DNA from: a virus
IMG/VR virus record: IMGVR_UViG_3300038301_000548
Location: 96,001-160,000 of that record
Reading direction: 5' to 3' (one strand)
Length of the DNA stretch: 64,000 nt
Numbering within the stretch: the first letter of the stretch is position 1; each line of letters opens with the position of its first letter. Below are positions 42,499 to 51,444 of the stretch, piece by piece. The translations under genes were made by a program, and so were the position numbers. The notes below the pieces were generated by a model. It did no database searches, was not told the DNA's origin, and worked only from the letters and a program-made list of their open reading frames with translations.

Positions 42499-43455
42499 TC
42501 ACCACCTAAAGTTCTTTTTATAAAACTTTACTATTTTTTGAATTTCTTGGTCGAAATCTCTCTCGGGCTTCCATCCTAAGTCGCGTATTTTCTTATCATC
42601 TAGTGCATATCTTACATCTTGGCCCTGGCGAACATGCTTCAGGTCGACATGATTCTGCCAACCTTTATCACTCAATATACCAAAAAAAGATTTATAAATT
42701 TTCTTAAAAGTTTCTTTGTTTTTTTGTTCAAAGCCCCCGGAAATATTGTAAATTTCATTAGTTTTGCCAGATTTTATAATTTTAATAATAGCGGATGCGG
42801 TATCATCAGCGTGTAGCCAATTTCTTATTGGTTCCCCTTTGTTGTGAAGTCTCAGTTTTTTATTACGAAGGAGATTCTTGACGGTTACTGGTATCAGCTT
42901 TTCTGGATATTGACCTTTCCCGTAGTTATTAGTTGGTCTAACTATAACATATTTAACTTGATAAGTTCTAGCCCAGGCCAAGACCAACATGTCGGCTGCA
43001 GCCTTCGAGGCAGAGTATGGATTTGAGGGGTTCAGTATGGTGTCTTCTTTGTGGTGGCCTTCTTTTATATCCCCATATACCTCGTCAGTACTGAAATGTA
43101 AAAGAATTGGAGGGTCAACTACGTTTTTTGGCTTCTTCTTTATAAGGTCTAATAAGTTTTTCACGCCTACCACGTTAGATTGTATGAAGTTATCACTGTT
43201 TACAATACTGTTCCCAACATGTGATTCGGCCGCTGTATTGATTACATAATCACAATCGGGGAGAAAATCTAAGTCTGCAATATCTTTTTTTATAAATTTA
43301 AAATTCTCATTTTTTTCAAACTTTGACAAAAATGGTAAATTTGCCGCATAAGTCAAACTGTCAATACCGTAAACTTTCCAGCCTAAATCTAGGCACCTTT
43401 TGGTTATATGTGAGCCTATTAATCCCAGGCAACCGGTTACAGTAACTAAAAACAT
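42499..43455 (-). CDS. rfbB: dTDP-glucose 4,6-dehydratase
   Basis: VTGCLGLIGSH, DSLTYA, NTAAESHV, STDEVYG, PSNPYSASKAA, NNYG..QYPEKLIP, RNWLHADD, RQGQDVRYALD. Confidence 0.92.
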   Translation of the reverse strand: MFLVTVTGCLGLIGSHITKRCLDLGWKVYGIDSLTYAANLPFLSKFEKNENFKFIKKDIADLDFLPDCDYVINTAAESHVGNSIVNSDNFIQSNVVGVKNLLDLIKKKPKNVVDPPILLHFSTDEVYGDIKEGHHKEDTILNPSNPYSASKAAADMLVLAWARTYQVKYVIVRPTNNYGKGQYPEKLIPVTVKNLLRNKKLRLHNKGEPIRNWLHADDTASAIIKIIKSGKTNEIYNISGGFEQKNKETFKKIYKSFFGILSDKGWQNHVDLKHVRQGQDVRYALDDKKIRDLGWKPERDFDQEIQKIVKFYKKNFRW

Positions 43456-44153
43456 TAGCTGTATACCTTTTTATAATCTGATTGCAGTTGGTGCAGTTTC
43501 GAGCCTATTCCCGACTCAAACACACCTCTGCCTGCATAATGTATGATGTGGGAATCGAACCTGTCTGGCATGCCGAACCATGGTTCGTTGAACATTGCCA
43601 TGTGGTTGTATTTATATGATAGTTGGCATACTTTAAATTTGTTCTTTTTTATGAGGTACCCCATGTGAGCGTCGTCATAGCCCCAGCCAACCCAATAATA
43701 GTTGTCAATCTTTCTATATATATCCCTGTGTTGCTTTGATGTTAAGAAGGTTCCAGTATTGATGTAACCTTCTCTCCAACCAATGTCGCCGTATTTTTGT
43801 TGCACTTGGTTGATAACGTCTTTTCTTACAGGCTCCCTAGAGCCAACATCTTCATAGATGCTACCTATACTATCTTCCGGAACCTCTTCGAATAAATTCG
43901 GACAAGATGGCAATAAAAGCATATCAGTGTCAAGGTGAAGAATTCTATCATATTTTTCATGCAATTCGTAGTGCTTCATTATCCGATAATGCCAACGGCC
44001 GTCGCCATCATGACAATCAGTGGTATGATCCAATACCATAAAATCGGCGCTGACTTTCGAGGCATAGTTTTTAAAAATGGGGTGAGTTATGTCACTAAAT
44101 GCTGCTACCCCTTCATCTGCTCGGGTAGTAATCAAAAGCTTACTCATAGCCAA
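43455..44153 (-). CDS. Glycosyltransferase family 8-like
   Basis: YDRILHLDTDML (DxD), YINTG, YNHM, HIIHYAG. Confidence 0.75.
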   Translation of the reverse strand: MAMSKLLITTRADEGVAAFSDITHPIFKNYASKVSADFMVLDHTTDCHDGDGRWHYRIMKHYELHEKYDRILHLDTDMLLLPSCPNLFEEVPEDSIGSIYEDVGSREPVRKDVINQVQQKYGDIGWREGYINTGTFLTSKQHRDIYRKIDNYYWVGWGYDDAHMGYLIKKNKFKVCQLSYKYNHMAMFNEPWFGMPDRFDSHIIHYAGRGVFESGIGSKLHQLQSDYKKVYS

Positions 44154-44826
44154 ACTCCTTAAGATACTTTTCTAGGTCGACAAATAAACTATCTAGATCC
44201 ATATCATGTTCCCTAAAAAAGCCGTCATATATATCTTCCCTGCGGCGGTAAAGGCCCACTTGTGTTGTATCTAGTTTTTTATATCTCTTTGCCTTATGTG
44301 ACACCCTGTATCTGCTTGTAAAATCTCTCATACTTTCCTCAAATGGTATACCTATAAAGTTGCAGATATCTCCTATCGTTTGGTCGAAGTGCTGTATGAC
44401 GTCCTCCATTTTCACTACCTTGAGTCGCGATGGGAATGTCTTCTTTATATGGAGGTAAATCTTGTGCATCCACTCGATATCCTCCAGGCAACCATCATAT
44501 GTTGCATCGTCGGCACATTCTTTTGGGCCGGAATCGTTGCCTGGTTGGCCTCTATATATTTTCGATAAGGCACAGTCTCTAAGGTCCCTTATAGTCCACA
44601 GGATTTTTAAATCTAGATCCGCGGTCAATAGTCTTGTGACCATTTCCATATTATCAATATAAACCGTGTCGCACTTGCTGAGATATTTCTTATACAGTGG
44701 GTCCGGCGACCTGAAGACTGTTTTGTCCTCTGCAGGGTTTGTGGCTACCAAAATTTTCGAGCCTCTTAGGATTTCTAGCAGCATGTTTGTGCCTGTTCTC
44801 CCGCAACTTAATATCAACACCTTCAC
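44140..44826 (-). CDS. Sulfotransferase domain protein
   Basis: 5'-PSB-like loop SCGRTGTNML, 3'-PB-like IRDLRDCALS, and VKMEDVI...IGDICNFIGIPF. Confidence 0.8.
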   Translation of the reverse strand: MKVLILSCGRTGTNMLLEILRGSKILVATNPAEDKTVFRSPDPLYKKYLSKCDTVYIDNMEMVTRLLTADLDLKILWTIRDLRDCALSKIYRGQPGNDSGPKECADDATYDGCLEDIEWMHKIYLHIKKTFPSRLKVVKMEDVIQHFDQTIGDICNFIGIPFEESMRDFTSRYRVSHKAKRYKKLDTTQVGLYRRREDIYDGFFREHDMDLDSLFVDLEKYLKEFGYE

Positions 44827-44830
44827 TATC

Positions 44831-45487
44831 TTACCTCCAAGCGTATATTTCTTTTCCAGGGTATTGTTCTACTGAAAATCCTAAATTTCGAAGCGTTTTT
44901 TTAACTTCTTGGTTTTTTTCGTCGTCATGCTCTTCGAATGATATTTGTTTTATTTGTTTTGCTGTCGACACTGTTAGGTTCTCAAGGACTTCATATTCGG
45001 CCCCTTCTATGTCCATTTTTAGAAAGTCTATGCTGCCTAGCGGCGCGAATCGGTCGATAATTTCTTGTATTGTTGTTGTTCCAACTTCATATTCATTGAT
45101 CAGGACGTCATCAGAAACCTTGTCCCTGTGGTTTCCATAAATATTATTCCATTGGTGGTATCTATTCGTTCCGTCTGATTTTAACTCTCCCACAAACTCA
45201 GTCATTATAACTTTTTCTTTGTTTTTTGGTGTTTGGCCAACTAATGCAAGATTTAATAATTTAAAATTACTAAACCCTTTCGAATCAATTACTTCGCAAT
45301 TTCGCAGTGATGGTTCGATTCCAACAACTTGCGTACTCTCCAAGCCGGCTATAGATCTCAGCCTTTGCACAAAGAGGCCCACATTGCAGCCAGCGTCAAT
45401 GATGACACTATCTTTATTTAAGCGAGATATGTCGCAAATATGGTTCAGGCCTTCGCCGAAATTAATTTTTTTCACTTTTCTCTCCAA
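44831..45487 (-). CDS. FkbM-family methyltransferase
   Basis: IIDAGCNVG.F, VGIEP, IDFLKMDIEGAEYEVL, QISFE.H. Confidence 0.88.
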   Translation of the reverse strand: MERKVKKINFGEGLNHICDISRLNKDSVIIDAGCNVGLFVQRLRSIAGLESTQVVGIEPSLRNCEVIDSKGFSNFKLLNLALVGQTPKNKEKVIMTEFVGELKSDGTNRYHQWNNIYGNHRDKVSDDVLINEYEVGTTTIQEIIDRFAPLGSIDFLKMDIEGAEYEVLENLTVSTAKQIKQISFEEHDDEKNQEVKKTLRNLGFSVEQYPGKEIYAWR

Positions 45488-45965
45488 AAATCATAAAAGA
45501 ATTATTTAAATCAACACCTGATTTGAATATCTTTCTGTAGCCTAAATTTAACATGAAATCTTTGATGATTTCAGGTGTAAAAATATTTTTATGTTTCTTG
45601 TTGTTCCATGGTCGCCAATATTTTTGACTATAATCTGGTAAGTATAAGAATAATACTCCTCCAGGTTTTAGCATTTTGTGCCAATATTCCATTACCTCAA
45701 TCCAATCTTTTATGTGCTCCAGGCAGTGACTAGAAAAAATATAATCTACATTCTTCATCGGTAAATTTTCGGCATGCCAATCATCTGGAAAATCTTTGTC
45801 TATAGGTATCGACCCAGAGAGGGCCCAATCCTTATTCTTGCAGCCAATATCATACCCTATACCAGCGCAGACCATAGACGCATACGCCGCGGCGAATCTG
45901 CTAGCATGCCCGGATGCTTGAAACGCAGGGTATTGTTGATCCTCAAACTTAATTGTCTTTATCAT
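45462..45965 (-). CDS. Class I SAM-dependent methyltransferase (type 11-like)
   Basis: GYDIGC, DYIFSSHCLEHI, LKPGGVLFLYLP. Confidence 0.85.
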   Translation of the reverse strand: MIKTIKFEDQQYPAFQASGHASRFAAAYASMVCAGIGYDIGCKNKDWALSGSIPIDKDFPDDWHAENLPMKNVDYIFSSHCLEHIKDWIEVMEYWHKMLKPGGVLFLYLPDYSQKYWRPWNNKKHKNIFTPEIIKDFMLNLGYRKIFKSGVDLNNSFMIFGEKSEKN

Positions 45966-46891
45966 TTATTTACTTTTGCTAATATTTTCTGCTCAACTAC
46001 CGGAATCAATTCCTTGCGATTGCAGCCTTGAAAATTTGTATTTTTGACAAAAATGGTCTCTGCATTATCGTTGACTGGGTTGAGGCATAGAAGATTTGTG
46101 CTGTGGTTAGGAAGGTAGTTGGTTACTAGGTGGATGGCCGGATGTGAGTAGGCGCCCATTACCCACATAGGACCAGTGTCTACTCCAAGTGTTACATTGG
46201 TAGCTAGGCATGCCTTTACTTGATCAAAAAAATTTAAATAAGTCATATTATTATAGCCTTCCTTATTTGATAGCACTGGGTCATCACTTTTTCCAAAATG
46301 AAAAACGTTAATTCCTGACTCGACAAGGAGAGAAATAAGACTAGACCACCAAGAGTTTTCAGGATTTCTCCCGGGGCCGGCGCCTTGGCCGAAGGGCCAT
46401 ATACCGACACTGTTTTCAAAAATTGATAAATCGCTATTTCTAGTTTTCGTATAGGTGTGGGCGGTGGGGTCGTCTAAGCCAACGTCGAACCATTTTTTCA
46501 ACTTTGGTTTCTTTTCACTACTAGACAGTGTTGAGTTTAAGTCTCCTATATCTATGCCCGCTACGAAGGCGGTCTCCTCTATAAAGGAAACTTTATTGTA
46601 CCAATAGCTATCCGAATGTGACCAGTCTTCAAACCTTGTTGTAATATCACAACTGGATCTGATTTTCTTATCTTCTTCCCCCATATCGTTCCAGTGGTCA
46701 GTGATTTTTATCCTATCTATAAGAGGATGGTTCAAGAATAAAGGCGCGGTGAAGGCACACTTTTTTTGTATGACCCAATACTTATAGCTCCCGGGGTATT
46801 TCTTCTCATAATATGTTAACAGAGGTAATCCAGCGATTAAATCTCCAATAAGGCCATAGCTCATTCCCCATATTTTGACTTGCTTGGTCAC
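45962..46891 (-). CDS. Glycosyltransferase family 9-like (heptosyltransferase fold)
   Basis: N-terminal GLIGDLIAGLPLL, PLFLNHPLIDRI, and C-terminal NVTLGVDTGPMWVMGAY (GT9 DSGPMH-like). Confidence 0.75.
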   Translation of the reverse strand: MTKQVKIWGMSYGLIGDLIAGLPLLTYYEKKYPGSYKYWVIQKKCAFTAPLFLNHPLIDRIKITDHWNDMGEEDKKIRSSCDITTRFEDWSHSDSYWYNKVSFIEETAFVAGIDIGDLNSTLSSSEKKPKLKKWFDVGLDDPTAHTYTKTRNSDLSIFENSVGIWPFGQGAGPGRNPENSWWSSLISLLVESGINVFHFGKSDDPVLSNKEGYNNMTYLNFFDQVKACLATNVTLGVDTGPMWVMGAYSHPAIHLVTNYLPNHSTNLLCLNPVNDNAETIFVKNTNFQGCNRKELIPVVEQKILAKVNK

Positions 46892-46898
46892 CTGTCGT

Positions 46899-47516
46899 TT
46901 ATCCTTGGACCGTTGAGGTGCCTGAAAATAATGGGAATTCTCTCAAGTCTCTATATTCTGGATATTCTGGAAGGTCTTTATTGTGATCAGGATAATTTTG
47001 CATCAACATTAGGCCGCGAGCGGCTTGCTCAGGGGTCATATATGCGTTCCACCCATTTATATCTATTTCGTCCTGGTGATACATGACTTCTGAACGGCCC
47101 TCATATCTTGATTTTTTTAGATATTTGGCTGCAGCGGGGTCGTCTGTTAGGATCATTCCACCTTTACCAATTTTTAAATGTTTCTTTATGTGAAAAGATA
47201 GACACATAAAAGTGCCTGGTATATACATGCCTGAAGTGAACCTCTTTGCAGCATCCCATATTGGATACGGCTCTAGTTGGTAAATACCCTTCCAGTGATA
47301 ATCTCTAAATTTTACTTTACCCCCTGCATTCATAATCGACTGCGGGACGGATAAATATGTCTTTGCTGGAATAGTTACTTCTTGCACCTTCAGATACTCA
47401 CAACACAACAACAATGCGTCAGTGCAGTTGTCTGTCGATATTGCATATTTAGAGCCACAATAGTCTGCCACTGTCTCTTCGAACATTTTTACTATTTTGT
47501 ATGGGTTATGTCTCAC
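46899..47516 (-). CDS. DegT/DnrJ/EryC1/StrS PLP aminotransferase, short form (205 aa)
   Basis: FEETVADYCGSKYA...NCTDAL, VTIPAKTY, WDAAKR, CLSFHIKKHL..GKGGMI (PLP lysine), GWNAYM. C-terminal small domain absent. Confidence 0.8.
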   Translation of the reverse strand: MRHNPYKIVKMFEETVADYCGSKYAISTDNCTDALLLCCEYLKVQEVTIPAKTYLSVPQSIMNAGGKVKFRDYHWKGIYQLEPYPIWDAAKRFTSGMYIPGTFMCLSFHIKKHLKIGKGGMILTDDPAAAKYLKKSRYEGRSEVMYHQDEIDINGWNAYMTPEQAARGLMLMQNYPDHNKDLPEYPEYRDLREFPLFSGTSTVQG

Positions 47517-47519
47517 TTT

Positions 47520-47897
47520 TTAATCTCCTTTTTCGATTCTATAGCTATCTGAATCGAAATGCTGGGTTGAAAACTCAAATAATTCCGTATCTTCCAAAGC
47601 AATCATCTGATGCCTCAAACCCCTATAAACGTGAAAGTTGTCCCCGGGGTTTAGGACCCTCTCTTTGGATTTTTCTACATTATCTTGTTCTGAATATTTC
47701 ACTAAAATCTTACCTGATTGTATATAAAACACTTCGTCTTTGAGTTTGTGATAGTGCCAGGAGCACCTCTTATCTTTTACAAAGTAAAGCAGCTTGCCAC
47801 AATATTCATCGCAGTTTACAATCCATTTTTCAAAGCCCCAACCTTTTGGGACAAACTTAATTTCCAAAGAATTGCTCATCACTAATTCCTCTATCAT
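47520..47897 (-). CDS. Cupin-fold sugar isomerase-like protein
   Basis: VPKGWG.E.WI...YCGKLL...SWHYHKLKDEVFYI.SG and H.....RHQM cupin metal motifs. True start probably MSNSL. Confidence 0.8.
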   Translation of the reverse strand: MIEELVMSNSLEIKFVPKGWGFEKWIVNCDEYCGKLLYFVKDKRCSWHYHKLKDEVFYIQSGKILVKYSEQDNVEKSKERVLNPGDNFHVYRGLRHQMIALEDTELFEFSTQHFDSDSYRIEKGD

Positions 47898-48180
47898 CTA
47901 TGTACAAATCACCTTGAGGTTTTCCAAGAAAAAGTGCATGATATTTCACCCCCCAGTTATCGAGTTGTTTTTTTGTAAATTCATAAAACTCTGCTATTGC
48001 CTGTGTTGTATTATTGTTATGCCGGCCCATTCCTCGAGCTGTCAAAAAGAAGATTTGATTACCTGAATCGAAAAGATTATTGATTAACTCAACCCTTTCT
48101 TTAAAAGGTTTAGCATTTTCATATTTTCCATCAGTGTTGCTGCAAATGGTGCCATCTATGTCAAAGACATAATTTTTCAA
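47857..48180 (-). CDS. Small HAD-superfamily phosphatase (capsule-biosynthesis phosphatase-like)
   Basis: FDIDGT motif I, LTARG motif II, GKP..D.YIDD motifs III/IV. Confidence 0.85.
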   Translation of the reverse strand: MKNYVFDIDGTICSNTDGKYENAKPFKERVELINNLFDSGNQIFFLTARGMGRHNNNTTQAIAEFYEFTKKQLDNWGVKYHALFLGKPQGDLYIDDRGISDEQFFGN

Positions 48181-48961
48181 TATCTCTCTCCTTTAGTGCA
48201 TAAGTTCCTGATTTGCTCACAACGTAAGAAGCTGCAATGTTAGCACACTTTATTGCTGAGTCTATATCTTTCTTGTTTCTAATATATTTATAAGATAAGA
48301 CTGCCAGAAAGGTGTCGCCGGCGCCGGATACGTCTGCTACTTGCTCTGTTCTTGTCGGATAGCTTCTGCCGTTCCAAGTAGCTCCGCGGGCGCCCTGGGT
48401 TATTATTAGCTGATGTTTGGGAAAGGGCTTTTTAAAATTAGACTGCTCCTTTTCATTAACTTTCACAATTGAACCCTCGTAACACATTATCTCTTTCTTT
48501 TTAGTATCGACAAAAATCGGGATTCCATGGGTTGCACAGGCTTCACATAACCACTTGGCTGTCGCAGGAGTGACAAATCCTTTATCATAGTCCGATATGA
48601 TCAGCAAATCATACCTGGAAATATTCTTTATTTCCTCACTCAACAGATTAACAGGCGATACTTTCTTCTTTTCACCTGAATCAAATCTCAGGATATGTTG
48701 GCCGGAGGCTTCATCTATAAATCTCTCTTTTATAATCTCTTCACTGTTTGTCAAGCAGTCTACTTTCACTTTCGAACCGAAAGCTTCTAGATTGTTTTTA
48801 ACGTTAATCACCATGCCACCCACTTCTTTGGTTGTTTTGTGTACCAATATTGGAATAGGTGCTTCTGGAGATAACCTGGTGCATGACCCATAGTGAAATC
48901 GGTCTAAGCATGAGTCACCTATTAGCAGTATTTTGCATAATTTTTGTGGTTGAGTATCCAT
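48161..48961 (-). CDS. hldA: D-glycero-D-manno-heptose-7-phosphate kinase-like (HldE/RfaE kinase domain, PfkB)
   Basis: LIGDSCLDRFHYGSCTRLSPEAPIP, GG..NV..NL, SDYDKG, FVDTK, VADVSGAGDT. Confidence 0.85.
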   Translation of the reverse strand: MDTQPQKLCKILLIGDSCLDRFHYGSCTRLSPEAPIPILVHKTTKEVGGMVINVKNNLEAFGSKVKVDCLTNSEEIIKERFIDEASGQHILRFDSGEKKKVSPVNLLSEEIKNISRYDLLIISDYDKGFVTPATAKWLCEACATHGIPIFVDTKKKEIMCYEGSIVKVNEKEQSNFKKPFPKHQLIITQGARGATWNGRSYPTRTEQVADVSGAGDTFLAVLSYKYIRNKKDIDSAIKCANIAASYVVSKSGTYALKERDIEKLCL

Positions 48962-49307
48962 CTATATAGCCAAATATAATAACTTTTCCAATCTCTTTTC
49001 CAACAACTTCGTGAGGTTTATAGTCTCCACCCTTAACAATAATATCTGGTTTTATCTTCTCTATTAGAGCTAGTGGTGTTGTTTCATCAAAGATATAAAC
49101 TTTTTTTACATATTTTAAAGATTCTAACATAAACTTTCTGTCTTTTTCAGAAAAATTAGGTCGTGAGGGTCCCTTGATAGCTTTCACACTATCATCACTA
49201 TTTATGCCCACCACTACATCCCCCATGGTGCTGCAAAATTTTAACAGCTCAAGGTGGCCGCGGTGCAAAATATCAAAACAACCATTTGTGAAAACTATTT
49301 TCTTCAT
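48915..49307 (-). CDS. hldC: Heptose-1-phosphate adenylyltransferase-like (HldE/RfaE domain II)
   Basis: VFTNGCFDILHRGH, VVGINSDDSV..IKG..RP, IKPDIIVKGGDY, GYSTT. Confidence 0.88.
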   Translation of the reverse strand: MKKIVFTNGCFDILHRGHLELLKFCSTMGDVVVGINSDDSVKAIKGPSRPNFSEKDRKFMLESLKYVKKVYIFDETTPLALIEKIKPDIIVKGGDYKPHEVVGKEIGKVIIFGYIDGYSTTKIMQNTANR

Positions 49308-50161
49308 TGGGGCTCGTTAGGGCATTGAGAAATGATTTGCGAAAACCTATCTAAAGCTAATTTTACATTATTCTCTACTCTAGATATGAGTTCTTTTCCG
49401 TTCAGATTAAACCATGGTTCATAAAACGCTCCTAACATTTTTGGAATAGTGATGAGCTTACAATTTACCATCTTAGCTTCAACAGCGAGCCGGCACATAG
49501 ATTCTAATACACCTGGAAAGAAAACGAGGCCATTGTATCTCGAGAGAGTTTCTATAAATTCATATGGGTCAGGTGATTTTATCAAGTCATATTCAATATT
49601 CTTACCTTTACAAAATTCAATCGCCATTTTGGTGTTCTTAATTGGGTTACTAGAGTCAACAATCGCAAATTTATTATTTTTAACTTTATTATTGTTTAGT
49701 TTTTTGATGAAATCTAACTTCGCGGTGCTCCACAAGCTACCAGATATTGATTCTAGATTATTTATTTTTAAATTTTTATGGATTATTTCTACTTGTTTCT
49801 GCCCCAAGCAGATGACTTTATATGCTTTTTTGTAGAATTCTCGGTTTAAGATGTGTTTTTCTGGTATTTCAAAATTGGGGAAGCGAGAGGGATCCCGAGT
49901 TGAGACATATTTGTGGTCGTGCTCGTAAATGATATATTTACTGTTGTTTTGTATAAAACTTTTTGACTCTTCGTCTAGCATGCAAAAATTAGAAATAACT
50001 AAATAATCAAATCTAGATAATTCTTCTATTATAATATCTTTCGAACTAATGCAGGTTACTTGAAATTCTTTTTCTAGGTGTGAAAGGAGAACAGAATCGT
50101 TTAGCTCGGCGCCGCCAAGAAGGTCCGAGTTAAAAAAATCAGCAATGAAGGCAACTTTCAC
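49304..50161 (-). CDS. Putative glycosyltransferase (GT-B-like, divergent)
   Basis: GGAEL, IIYEHD and F.PGVLESMCRLAVEAKMVNC (degenerate GT-B E-x7-E); operon context. Confidence 0.5.
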   Translation of the reverse strand: MKVAFIADFFNSDLLGGAELNDSVLLSHLEKEFQVTCISSKDIIIEELSRFDYLVISNFCMLDEESKSFIQNNSKYIIYEHDHKYVSTRDPSRFPNFEIPEKHILNREFYKKAYKVICLGQKQVEIIHKNLKINNLESISGSLWSTAKLDFIKKLNNNKVKNNKFAIVDSSNPIKNTKMAIEFCKGKNIEYDLIKSPDPYEFIETLSRYNGLVFFPGVLESMCRLAVEAKMVNCKLITIPKMLGAFYEPWFNLNGKELISRVENNVKLALDRFSQIISQCPNEPQ

Positions 50162-51444
50162 AAAATCTCAATCTCAGATAAGGCCGTGGCCCATTCTTGC
50201 TGCTTTGCTAGTTGTTCTTCTAGTTCTTTCGGTACCAGGGCGGCAGTCATTTGAGCTAATACATTTTCTTGCGAGTGTGTAGTTTGTAGACTTTCTTTTA
50301 GAACGTTGGCCCACTTCTTATACATTCCGTAATTTTTATAGACTTTCTCTATTTGCTGAGTGAACGACTTCTCCGTGGGTTCTGCCCATCTAGAACCCTC
50401 TTCGATCACTCCTTCCCATACAGCTTCTTTTGATACCTCCTGCAGGCTATAGTCCACCCTAGCAAATAACTTCTTCTGTTTTGTCTTACCATTTTCTTTA
50501 AAGTCTGCTGAAAGAAAATCTAAATGGCCGGACCAATCTGTCGCAATGATGGGCATGCCACTATAGGCTGCTTCAAAAACAGGTAGGCCATACCCTTCTC
50601 CGCGGGTGGTAGTCATATACGCCTTGATTTTTGGGTGAGTATACAGAGAGTGTACCTCGGCTTCGGTGAGGTCACCATGAAGTAGATAAATTTTGCAGCT
50701 TCGCGGACCTAACTCAGATAAGAGTGACTTAAGGTATGATTTCGTCTTCTCTCGGTCTAGTATGCTTGCTCTGGCGGTTGAAGTCTTAAGGACAAGGCCA
50801 ACGTTAGGGTTGTCTTTGAAATGCCCCACAAACCACTTTATTGAGCTTTCTATGTTCTTTCTGTGGCCTAGTAGGGCGACTGTGAGAAAATTAAATTCTG
50901 TTTCAAGGTTTAGACCAAGATCAGCTGGTTCGAAAGATTTTACAGGATAAGGCACCACCTCAACTGGGCAATTGCAGCTCACAACAGATTCGGTTTGTTT
51001 TGTCTTGTTAATAACCTCATAATTGGTGCTTCGAAAACCTGCCGCGGCATGTTCTGACGGGACGATAAGCTTATCTATACCCTTGTGTGTTTGAGACAAC
51101 CAGTTATAAGAAACTCTATCAGTCTCTATTCCAGCTGTGACGCACACAGAGTAATTAGCTTTTTTGTTAAACTCAGATGGTATGCCAACGTGGATTTGCA
51201 TATCGAATTGTTGGTCTATATTTTCAGCTTTGCACTTAGCCTCATTCATCAGGTATTTTTCGTTTGAGGCTTTCATGTCACCTAAATCTACCTGGTTTGC
51301 ATAAGTCCAACTGGTGAACCCCCACTCGAGCGCATTTGTGTAAATATCCGCGCCTGGTAGTTTTGCCAGTGATCGATAGACCAGCCGGGCATGTTCTCCA
51401 TATCCAGACCTAGTAAATATTGGTGCTTCTAGTAGGATTCTCAC
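50158..51444 (-). CDS. Glycosyltransferase family 4
   Basis: P..TRSGYGEHAR, RKNI, TTTRGEGYGLPVFEAAYSGMPIIATDWSGHLDF. Confidence 0.88.
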   Translation of the reverse strand: MRILLEAPIFTRSGYGEHARLVYRSLAKLPGADIYTNALEWGFTSWTYANQVDLGDMKASNEKYLMNEAKCKAENIDQQFDMQIHVGIPSEFNKKANYSVCVTAGIETDRVSYNWLSQTHKGIDKLIVPSEHAAAGFRSTNYEVINKTKQTESVVSCNCPVEVVPYPVKSFEPADLGLNLETEFNFLTVALLGHRKNIESSIKWFVGHFKDNPNVGLVLKTSTARASILDREKTKSYLKSLLSELGPRSCKIYLLHGDLTEAEVHSLYTHPKIKAYMTTTRGEGYGLPVFEAAYSGMPIIATDWSGHLDFLSADFKENGKTKQKKLFARVDYSLQEVSKEAVWEGVIEEGSRWAEPTEKSFTQQIEKVYKNYGMYKKWANVLKESLQTTHSQENVLAQMTAALVPKELEEQLAKQQEWATALSEIEIL

